Shown: positions 47,489 through 55,476 of the stretch, in pieces
Numbering within the stretch: position 1 is the stretch's first letter
Layout: the number at the start of each line of letters is the position of its first letter
NCBI GenBank assembly: GCA_048270465.1
Contig: JBLWSV010000003.1
Span: 96,843 to 160,842, forward strand
Source: Allomuricauda sp.
GTDB taxonomy: Bacteria > Bacteroidota > Bacteroidia > Flavobacteriales > Flavobacteriaceae
Length of the DNA stretch: 64,000 nt
Reading direction: 5' to 3'
Made by a program: the position numbers and the translations under genes
Notes under the pieces: model-generated
What the model was told of the DNA's origin: nothing
The model's database searches: none
The model's input: the letters and a program-made list of their open reading frames with translations, nothing else

Positions 47489-50400
47489 ATGAAGTTTGCG
47501 GAATATAAGGGATTGGACCTGCCCAAGGTATCGGAAGAAGTTCTGGACTTTTGGAAGGAAAAACAGATTTTTGAAAAGAGTGTTTCCACCAGGGAGGGCA
47601 AGGAGAGCTATGTTTTCTATGAAGGACCACCCTCTGCAAACGGAATGCCCGGGATCCACCACGTGATGGCTCGTACCATCAAGGATATCTTTCCGCGATA
47701 CAAGACCATGAAGGGCTTTCAGGTGAAGCGCAAAGCCGGATGGGACACCCATGGACTGCCCATAGAGATAGGTGTGGAGAAAGAGCTCGGAATCACCAAA
47801 GAGGACATCGGCAAAAAAATATCGGTAGAGGAATACAATGCCGCTTGCAAGAAAGCGGTGATGCGCTACACAGACGTTTGGAACGAAATGACCGAAAAGA
47901 TTGGGTATTGGGTGGATATGGACGACCCCTACATCACTTACAAGCCCAAGTACATGGAATCCGTCTGGTGGTTGCTAAAGCAAATTTATGACAAAGGACT
48001 GCTCTATAAAGGGTACACCATACAGCCCTATTCGCCAAAGGCGGGCACAGGATTGAGCTCACACGAGCTGAACCAACCCGGCACCTATCAGGATGTGACG
48101 GACACCACGGTTACGGCGCAGTTCAAGGCAAAAAAGGAATCGCTTCCTGATTATCTCAAAGATGTGGAAGGTGACATCTATTTCTTGGCGTGGACGACCA
48201 CCCCTTGGACGCTTCCATCGAACACGGCATTGACTGTTGGGCCCAAGATTGAATATGTGTTGGTGAAAACTTTCAACCAATACACTTTTGAACCAATTAA
48301 TGTGGTTGTGGCCAAAAACTTGGTCAGCTATAATTTTTCGGGAAAGTTTGTCAAGGTCGATACCGCCAAAGAATTGTCCAATTTTAAGGAAGGGGACAAA
48401 AAAATCCCATATTGGGTGGGCCAGAGCTGTTTTGGAAAAGACTTGGTCGGGATCCGTTACGAGCAGTTGATAGACTATGTGCAGCCCTACCAAAACCCAG
48501 AAAATGCCTTCCGTGTGATTGCAGGCGACTTTGTGACCACCGAAGACGGCACTGGAATCGTGCACACAGCCCCAACCTTTGGTGCTGATGATGCCCTGGT
48601 GGCCAAACAGGCCGATCCAGAGGTTCCTCCCATGCTGGTTTTGGATGAAAACAACAACCCGGTTCCGCTGGTGGACCTTCAAGGTAAATTCAGGCCGGAA
48701 CTAAGGGAGTTTGGCGGTAAATATGTGAAGAACGAATATTACGAAGAAGGTAAAGCACCTGAAAAATCGGTCGATGTTGAGATTGCCATCAAACTAAAAG
48801 AAGAGAACAAGGCCTTCAAGGTCGAAAAATATGTCCACAGCTATCCCAATTGCTGGCGCACGGACAAACCCATTCTGTACTACCCGTTAAACTCATGGTT
48901 CATCAAGGTAACCGATGTGAAGGACCGTATGTTCGAACTGAACCAGACCATCAATTGGAAACCCAAGGCCACCGGAGAGGGACGCTTTGGCAACTGGCTC
49001 GCCAATGCCAACGACTGGAACCTTTCCCGATCACGATATTGGGGCATTCCACTGCCCATTTGGCGCACCGAGGACGGCAAAGAGGAGCTGATCATAGGTT
49101 CCGTGGAAGAACTAAAGGCTGAAATGGCCAAGGCAGTTGAAGCTGGGGTGCTGGAAAAAGATGTGTTTGCCGATTTTGTGGTGGGCGATATGAGCGAGGA
49201 AAATTACGATAAGATTGACTTGCACAAAAACATCGTGGACGGCATTACCCTGGTTTCGCCCTCTGGACAACCCATGAAAAGGGAAGCAGACCTTATCGAT
49301 GTGTGGTTCGATAGCGGCTCCATGCCCTATGCCCAATGGCACTATCCGTTCGAGAACAAGGGATTGATAGATGACGGCATTGCATTCCCCGCGAACTTTA
49401 TTGCCGAAGGAGTGGATCAGACCCGAGGGTGGTTCTATACCCTCCATGCCATAGCCACCATGGTTTTTGACAGTATTGCCTATAGAAATGTGGTCTCCAA
49501 CGGATTGGTTTTGGACAAGGAAGGCAAAAAAATGTCCAAAAGATTGGGCAATGCGGTCGATCCCTTTCAGGTTTTGCCGGAACATGGCCCGGATGCCACA
49601 CGTTGGTACATGATCTCCAATGCCAACCCATGGGACAACCTTAAATTTGATATTGACGGAATCGTGGAGGTAAAGCGCAAGTTCTTTGGAACGCTCTACA
49701 ACACCTATTCGTTCATGGCACTCTATGCCAATATTGATGAATTTGATTATTCCGAAGCCGATATTCCACTGAAGGATAGACCGGAGATAGATCAGTGGAT
49801 CTTGTCCGAGCTGCACACCTTGATCAAAAGTGTGGACGAAGCTTATGCTGATTACGAAGCCACCAAGGCAGCAAGAATGATTTCCGAGTATGTTCAGGAG
49901 AACCTGAGCAATTGGTATGTGCGTTTGAGCAGAAGGCGTTTCTGGAAGGGGGATTATCAGCAGGACAAAATCTCTGCGTACCAGACCCTTTACACCTGTT
50001 TGGCCACTGTGGCCAAGTTGTCCGCCCCCATCGCACCCTTCTTCATGGACAGGCTCTACAAAGATTTGGACGCCACCACCCAAAAAGAAGGCTTTGAAAG
50101 TGTTCATTTGGCCGAGTTTCCCGTCTTTGATGCCAACATGGTGAACGAAAAATTGGAGCGTAAGATGCAATTGGCACAAAAAATATCCTCTTTGGTACTT
50201 TCCATTCGCCAAAAGGAAAAGATAAAAGTGAGGCAACCGCTCCAAAAGATCATAATCCCTGTTCTTGATGAGCAGCAAAAAGCAGATATCAAAGCCGTGT
50301 CCGACTTGATACGGTCCGAGGTCAATGTCAAGGAAATAGAACTGCTGGATGATGCTTCGGGCATCTTGGTAAAACAGATAAAGCCCAATTTTAAGGTTTT

Positions 50401-50890
50401 GGGACCCCGATTTGGCAAGGACATGAAGGCGATTGCCGCAGCAGTGGGCCGATTGGGGCAAGAAGACATCCAAAAAATAGAACGGGAGGGAGAATTAATG
50501 CTCCAATTGGAAAATAAAACCGTTACTTTACAGTTAACCGATGTAGAGGTCAGCTCACAGGATATCGAGGGATGGCTGGTAGCATCTTCCGGTGCGCTCA
50601 CTGTGGCTTTGGACGTCACCATAGACGAGAGCCTGAGAAAAGAGGGCATCGCAAGGGAGTTGGTGAACAGGATCCAGAACATCCGAAAGGAATCTGGTTT
50701 TGAAGTTACGGACAAGATCGATATCAAAATACTGAAGGACGGCTTTGTGGAAAATGCCATTTCCAGCAATGAGGAATACATCAAAACGGAAACCTTGACC
50801 GCAGAGCTCAATTTGGAGGAGAAATTAGAGGAAGGCATTGCAGTGGCCTTCGATGAAGTGAATACAAAATTGTTTATCCAAAAGCATTAG
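47489..50890 (+). CDS. ileS: Isoleucine-tRNA ligase, type 2 (eukaryote-like)
   Basis: EGPPSANG, GWDTHGLP, AWTTTPWTL, DWNLSRSRYWG, GVDQTRGWFY, KMSKR; C-terminal EGIARELVNRIQ domain, no zinc finger. Confidence 0.97.
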   Translation: MKFAEYKGLDLPKVSEEVLDFWKEKQIFEKSVSTREGKESYVFYEGPPSANGMPGIHHVMARTIKDIFPRYKTMKGFQVKRKAGWDTHGLPIEIGVEKELGITKEDIGKKISVEEYNAACKKAVMRYTDVWNEMTEKIGYWVDMDDPYITYKPKYMESVWWLLKQIYDKGLLYKGYTIQPYSPKAGTGLSSHELNQPGTYQDVTDTTVTAQFKAKKESLPDYLKDVEGDIYFLAWTTTPWTLPSNTALTVGPKIEYVLVKTFNQYTFEPINVVVAKNLVSYNFSGKFVKVDTAKELSNFKEGDKKIPYWVGQSCFGKDLVGIRYEQLIDYVQPYQNPENAFRVIAGDFVTTEDGTGIVHTAPTFGADDALVAKQADPEVPPMLVLDENNNPVPLVDLQGKFRPELREFGGKYVKNEYYEEGKAPEKSVDVEIAIKLKEENKAFKVEKYVHSYPNCWRTDKPILYYPLNSWFIKVTDVKDRMFELNQTINWKPKATGEGRFGNWLANANDWNLSRSRYWGIPLPIWRTEDGKEELIIGSVEELKAEMAKAVEAGVLEKDVFADFVVGDMSEENYDKIDLHKNIVDGITLVSPSGQPMKREADLIDVWFDSGSMPYAQWHYPFENKGLIDDGIAFPANFIAEGVDQTRGWFYTLHAIATMVFDSIAYRNVVSNGLVLDKEGKKMSKRLGNAVDPFQVLPEHGPDATRWYMISNANPWDNLKFDIDGIVEVKRKFFGTLYNTYSFMALYANIDEFDYSEADIPLKDRPEIDQWILSELHTLIKSVDEAYADYEATKAARMISEYVQENLSNWYVRLSRRRFWKGDYQQDKISAYQTLYTCLATVAKLSAPIAPFFMDRLYKDLDATTQKEGFESVHLAEFPVFDANMVNEKLERKMQLAQKISSLVLSIRQKEKIKVRQPLQKIIIPVLDEQQKADIKAVSDLIRSEVNVKEIELLDDASGILVKQIKPNFKVLGPRFGKDMKAIAAAVGRLGQEDIQKIEREGELMLQLENKTVTLQLTDVEVSSQDIEGWLVASSGALTVALDVTIDESLRKEGIARELVNRIQNIRKESGFEVTDKIDIKILKDGFVENAISSNEEYIKTETLTAELNLEEKLEEGIAVAFDEVNTKLFIQKH

Positions 50891-50893
50891 ACC

Positions 50894-51277
50894 ATGGCAG
50901 AAGAATTAAAAGTAAGATACTCCGACAAGGATCTGGAGGAGTTCAGGGCCTTGATCGAGGAAAAAATGGAAAAGGCCAAAAGTCATTTGGAACTTTTGAA
51001 GAGTTCCTATATGAACGATGGCAACAACGGTACGGACGATACCTCACCCACTTTCAAGGCATTTGAGGAAGGCTCGGAGACCATGAGCAAGGAAGCCAAC
51101 ACCCAGTTGGCCATCCGCCAGGAAAAATTTATCCGGGACCTGAAGAGTGCCCTTTTGAGGATCGAGAACAAGACGTATGGCATTTGCCGCGTTACCGGGA
51201 AACTCATCAACAAGGAGCGTTTGAAACTCGTTCCCCATGCCACTTTGAGCATAGAGGCCAAGAACATGCAGAAATGA
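50894..51277 (+). CDS. dksA: TraR/DksA family transcription factor
   Basis: Coiled coil followed by YGICRVTGKLINKERL..VPHATLSIEAK. Confidence 0.8.
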   Translation: MAEELKVRYSDKDLEEFRALIEEKMEKAKSHLELLKSSYMNDGNNGTDDTSPTFKAFEEGSETMSKEANTQLAIRQEKFIRDLKSALLRIENKTYGICRVTGKLINKERLKLVPHATLSIEAKNMQK

Positions 51278-51302
51278 TAAGAACGCCCAACGGCGTTTGG
51301 CT

Positions 51303-51923
51303 ATGAGGTTTTTGTTCCTTCTGTTCGGCTGTTTTGCCCTTGCCCAGTTGCACGGTCAAAAATTGGTGAGAAAAGCCTTTGTCGGACCAAGGACGGAGAC
51401 TATTCAAATTGACTCCCGGTTCTGCTACAGAATCGATTTGGAGACGGCCAAGTCCGATGAGGTTCGTGTATCGGCCAGCATGGAAGGGGAATATGCCAAG
51501 GATTTGTTGGTAACCATCACCGAAAACGGAACGACAACCCAGATAGGGGCTGATTTTCAACCCATTTTTACCGACCCCAACGACAAGTTGAGCGCCCACA
51601 AAGTGGTATCCATTGCATTGCAGGTCACTGTGCCGCAATACAAAAGGGTTGTTCTTTTTGGCACGAACAGCAATGTATATGCCACAGGGAACTACGAAGA
51701 CCTGAGCATTACCCTTTCGGATGGGATGTGCAGGCTGGACAATGTTTCGGAAACCGTTGAGGTGACCACACAAAAGGGCGATATTTGGCTCACCACTCCG
51801 AATGGCGACATTAAGGCCGAGAGTGCTTATGGCCATATTATAAAGGAAAGCATCCCTTTTGGCGACAATCAATTTACACTGAAGACGGTGGAAGGGAACA
51901 TCCATCTCATGAAAACAAAATAA
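51303..51923 (+). CDS. Exported beta-strand-repeat protein (DUF4097/adhesin-like)
   Basis: Signal peptide; repeated VxTxxGxI-type strands (VEVTTQKGDI, IKAESAYGHI, LKTVEGNI). Confidence 0.6.
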   Translation: MRFLFLLFGCFALAQLHGQKLVRKAFVGPRTETIQIDSRFCYRIDLETAKSDEVRVSASMEGEYAKDLLVTITENGTTTQIGADFQPIFTDPNDKLSAHKVVSIALQVTVPQYKRVVLFGTNSNVYATGNYEDLSITLSDGMCRLDNVSETVEVTTQKGDIWLTTPNGDIKAESAYGHIIKESIPFGDNQFTLKTVEGNIHLMKTK

Positions 51924-52005
51924 TATCCATATTTTTGCAACCGTTTTGCCCACTGACCAAGGGTCATGAAACCTTGGGCTTGCCCAAAAGTAGTTTATTG
52001 TAAAA

Positions 52006-52656
52006 ATGAGTTTGAAAAAATCCCTTTTGATTATTGTTTTGATCCTGCTTGTTGACCAGATGAGCAAGATCTATATCAAAACCAGCTTTATCTTGGGCGA
52101 ATCCCATGACGTTTTCAATTGGTTCAAGATATTTTTCATTGAGAACGAAGGAGCGGCCTGGGGAACAAAATTGAGCGATATTTTGCCCATTTCAGATGCT
52201 GCCGGAAAATTGGCCCTGACCATCTTTAGGATCTTTGCTGTGTTTGGTATTGGATATTGGCTTTGGGACATCATCAGGAAACAATCCCCCAAAACCTTGA
52301 TTTTGGCGGTATCCTTGATTTTTGCCGGAGCGGTCGGCAATATCATCGATTCGGTATTTTATGGGATCATCTTTGACCACAGCAATGGGCAGGTGGCTAC
52401 ATTGTTCGCTGAGCAACCTTATGGCAGTTTGTTCCACGGCAAAGTGGTGGATATGCTCTATTTTCCATTGATAGACACCACATGGCCCGATTGGGTCCCT
52501 TCCCTGGGAGGCAAACAGTTCCGTTTTTTTGAGCCGGTATTCAACATTGCGGATACCGCGATCAGCACTGGGGTAGGTATTTTGATCGTTTTCAACAAAA
52601 AGGCGTTTCCCAAGCAAGAGGAACAAAAGGAAGAAGTTGTTGATCAGAATGTGTAG
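52006..52656 (+). CDS. lspA: Lipoprotein signal peptidase II
   Basis: VDQMSK, ENEGAAWG, GAVGNIID, GKVVDML, VFNIAD. Confidence 0.94.
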   Translation: MSLKKSLLIIVLILLVDQMSKIYIKTSFILGESHDVFNWFKIFFIENEGAAWGTKLSDILPISDAAGKLALTIFRIFAVFGIGYWLWDIIRKQSPKTLILAVSLIFAGAVGNIIDSVFYGIIFDHSNGQVATLFAEQPYGSLFHGKVVDMLYFPLIDTTWPDWVPSLGGKQFRFFEPVFNIADTAISTGVGILIVFNKKAFPKQEEQKEEVVDQNV

Positions 52657-53207
52657 ATCTGTTCCGGGGTAATGCAGTAATCCAGCTTCATATCGTTTTC
52701 GTGCACATCGGATATGGTCTCTTCCTCGGCCCCAAAAAAGGAAAGCCCTATTTTTAAGGTCTCCTTTTTGCACTTGTCCAAAAAAACATCATAGAATCCT
52801 TTTCCATAACCCACGCGGTTTCCTTTCGTGTCAAAAGCCAGAAGTGGTATGAAGACCACATCTATTTTTTCCTCTGGGATCAAAATGCCATCCACAGGCT
52901 CGGGAATGTCCCATTTGTTTTTTTTGAAGACCGTGCTGTCGGTCAGTAAATAGTTGTCCATGGAATTTTCACCGCTCACCTTGGGAACGACCACATGCTT
53001 GTCCTTTCCCTGCAACAAAGTGATCAAGGGGAGGGTATCCACCTCGTTTTTTTCTTCAATGCTCAAAAAGATATGGTAATAAAAAAAATCCCAGATAGGG
53101 ATTTGGAGTACATGATTGGCTAAAATCAAACTTAAATCCGAGGCTTTCGATTGACTGATCTCTGCTCTCAGATTTTTGTATTTTATTCTTAGTTCATGTT
53201 TCAACAT
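52644..53207 (-). CDS. 5-formyltetrahydrofolate cyclo-ligase
   Basis: Start ATG 53207 (MLKHELR); IPEP, IDVVFIPLLAFD..GNRVGYGKGFYD, HENDMKLD. Confidence 0.93.
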   Translation of the reverse strand: MLKHELRIKYKNLRAEISQSKASDLSLILANHVLQIPIWDFFYYHIFLSIEEKNEVDTLPLITLLQGKDKHVVVPKVSGENSMDNYLLTDSTVFKKNKWDIPEPVDGILIPEEKIDVVFIPLLAFDTKGNRVGYGKGFYDVFLDKCKKETLKIGLSFFGAEEETISDVHENDMKLDYCITPEQIYTF

Positions 53208-53250
53208 CCAGGTGTTGAAGATTTTGGGGTTGATTTTGGGTGCAATGGCT

Positions 53251-53343
53251 TTACTCTCCCTTGCTTGTTGCAACGGCAAAGAAAATCTTGAAGAACAACA
53301 TCAAGATCAAGTACATTCCCAAAACGATCACATAGTTTTCCAT
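53251..53343 (-). CDS. Candidate 30-aa single-pass membrane protein
   Basis: Read manually: MENYVIVLGMYLILMLFFKIFFAVATSKGE*; near-consensus TACATTTA element at 53370-53363. Confidence 0.35.
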   Translation of the reverse strand: MENYVIVLGMYLILMLFFKIFFAVATSKGE

Positions 53344-53635
53344 AGGATTGTATTTATACCGTTAAATGTAGGTAAAACAATTCTAAAATCCACCACGAAA
53401 TGCACATTTTATCGGTGAAATGCATCAATTTTTACAACAGTTTAACATTTTTGGGCTTTGACTTGTGCGTTTGCCATAGTTTTATTAAGGAAAAACCATG
53501 GTTTTGTTCCCGGTCTATCAAAAAGCACGCATGACTGCGTTTTTTTGATTGTTGCTTTTATGGATCCAAATCGGGCGAATATCAACGGAAAACAGCAAAC
53601 GATCAAGTTTAACAGAAAACACTGTAATTAAAATA

Positions 53636-53643
53636 TAACTTTG
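53636..53643 (+). promoter_or_regulatory. -7 element for the uvrC-patatin unit
   Basis: TAACTTTG, 36 nt before the uvrC ATG. Confidence 0.55.
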
Positions 53644-53679
53644 TTATAAAGTCAAAAAGGGTCATTTTCAGAAAACCGT

Positions 53680-55470
53680 ATGTCCAACCCACCTGCCATC
53701 AATGTACAGATAAGTGCGCTGCCCGATAATCCGGGGGTGTACCAATTTTATGATTCGGAAGGAAAGATCCTTTATGTGGGCAAGGCCAAAAACCTCAAAA
53801 AAAGGGTATCCTCCTATTTCAACAAAAAACAGGAGTATGGCAAGACCCGTGTGTTGGTGAAGAAAATCCACTCCATAAAACATATTGTGGTGCCCACTGA
53901 ATCGGATGCTTTGCTTTTGGAGAACAATTTGATCAAAAAATTGTTGCCCCGCTACAATGTATTGCTCAAGGACGATAAGTCCTACCCTTGGATATGCATC
54001 AAGAATGAACGCTTCCCAAGAATCTTTCCCACCCGAAAGCTCATCAAGGACGGTTCCGAATATTATGGACCCTATACCAGTATGAAGACCGTTCGGACGC
54101 TTTTGGATCTTGTGAAGAGCCTGTATCCTCTGCGCACCTGTAATTATGATCTTTCGGAAGAAAAAATATCGGCAGGAAAGTACAAAGTGTGCCTGGAATA
54201 CCATCTGGGCAATTGTTTGGGGCCATGTGAAGGCCTTCAAGGGGAAAAGGAATACCATGACCAGATTGAGGACATTCGGCAGATCATCAAAGGAAACCTG
54301 AAAAGTTCCTTGCAATCCTTCAAGGAACAAATGAAAGATTTTGCGGAAAAAATGGAGTTTGAAAAGGCACAGCGGGTAAAGGACAAGATCGACATTCTGG
54401 AGAACTATCAGGCCAAATCGACGGTGGTCAACCCCAAGATCAACAATGTGGATGTGTTTTCCATCATTTCCGATGAGACCCATGCCTATGTCAATTTTTT
54501 GCAATTGTCCCACGGTTCCATTGTGCGGTCGCATACGTTGGAAATCAAAAAGAAGTTGGATGAAACCGATGAGGACCTTTTACAGCTGGCCATTACAGAG
54601 CTAAGGCAGCGGTTCAACTCGCACTCCAGGGAAATTTATTTGCCCTTTCCGGTGACGGTGGATGAGAACATCAAGGTCACTTTGCCCAAATTGGGGGACA
54701 AACGAAGGATCTTGGAACTCTCTGAACGCAACGCCCGTTTTTATAGGCAGGACAAGTTGAAGCAGATTAAGATCACCGACCCGGACAGGCACACCAAAAG
54801 GATCATGGCCCAAATGAAGGCAGATCTGCGCCTTTCCGAAGAGCCTAGGCACATTGAATGTTTTGACAACTCCAATATCCAAGGGAGCAATCCCGTGGCC
54901 GCATGTGTGGTGTTCAAGGACGGGAGACCATCCAAGAAGGATTACAGACACTTCAACATAAAGACAGTGGAAGGCCCGGATGATTTTGCCAGCATGGAAG
55001 AGGTGGTCTTTAGGAGGTACAAAAGGCTGCTCAATGAAGAAGAGCCCTTGCCTCAACTTATTGTGATCGACGGTGGAAAAGGCCAGTTGTCATCAGCCTT
55101 GAAAAGCTTGGACATTTTGGGCTTGCGGGGGAAAATTGCCATTATTGGGATAGCCAAGCGTTTGGAAGAGATCTACTTTCCGGAAGATCCGGTCCCCCTC
55201 TATCTGGACAAGAGATCCGAAAGCTTGAAGATCATACAGCAATTGCGGAACGAGGCCCATAGGTTCGGGATAACCCATCACAGGAACAAAAGGAGCAAAG
55301 GGGCCATCAACACGGAGCTTGAAAACATAAATGGAATTGGTGAAAAGACAGCGGAGCAGCTATTGAAGCATTTCAAATCCGTCAAACGGATAAAGGAGGC
55401 TTCCATGGAAAGCCTCGCGGAATCCATTGGTATGGCCAAAGCAAAGAAAATTTACAAATCCTTTCATTAG
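53680..55470 (+). CDS. uvrC: Excinuclease ABC subunit C
   Basis: GIY-YIG PGVYQF..ILYVGKAKNLKKRV, IECFDNSN, DDFASM, IVIDGGKGQ, LRNEAHRF, HhH tail. Confidence 0.97.
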   Translation: MSNPPAINVQISALPDNPGVYQFYDSEGKILYVGKAKNLKKRVSSYFNKKQEYGKTRVLVKKIHSIKHIVVPTESDALLLENNLIKKLLPRYNVLLKDDKSYPWICIKNERFPRIFPTRKLIKDGSEYYGPYTSMKTVRTLLDLVKSLYPLRTCNYDLSEEKISAGKYKVCLEYHLGNCLGPCEGLQGEKEYHDQIEDIRQIIKGNLKSSLQSFKEQMKDFAEKMEFEKAQRVKDKIDILENYQAKSTVVNPKINNVDVFSIISDETHAYVNFLQLSHGSIVRSHTLEIKKKLDETDEDLLQLAITELRQRFNSHSREIYLPFPVTVDENIKVTLPKLGDKRRILELSERNARFYRQDKLKQIKITDPDRHTKRIMAQMKADLRLSEEPRHIECFDNSNIQGSNPVAACVVFKDGRPSKKDYRHFNIKTVEGPDDFASMEEVVFRRYKRLLNEEEPLPQLIVIDGGKGQLSSALKSLDILGLRGKIAIIGIAKRLEEIYFPEDPVPLYLDKRSESLKIIQQLRNEAHRFGITHHRNKRSKGAINTELENINGIGEKTAEQLLKHFKSVKRIKEASMESLAESIGMAKAKKIYKSFH

Positions 55471-55476
55471 CAAAAC

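Noticed and set aside
49112-50473. 453-aa minus-strand ORF
   Set aside because: Lies wholly antisense to ileS; no recognisable motifs; shadow of codon bias
51207-52067. 286-aa minus-strand ORF
   Set aside because: Overlaps three convincing plus-strand genes (dksA, DUF4097-like, lspA)
52644-52656. 13-nt convergent overlap of lspA and formyl-THF cyclo-ligase
   Set aside because: Short tail-to-tail overlaps are common and both proteins end normally
53668-54534. 288-aa minus-strand ORF
   Set aside because: Antisense shadow of uvrC
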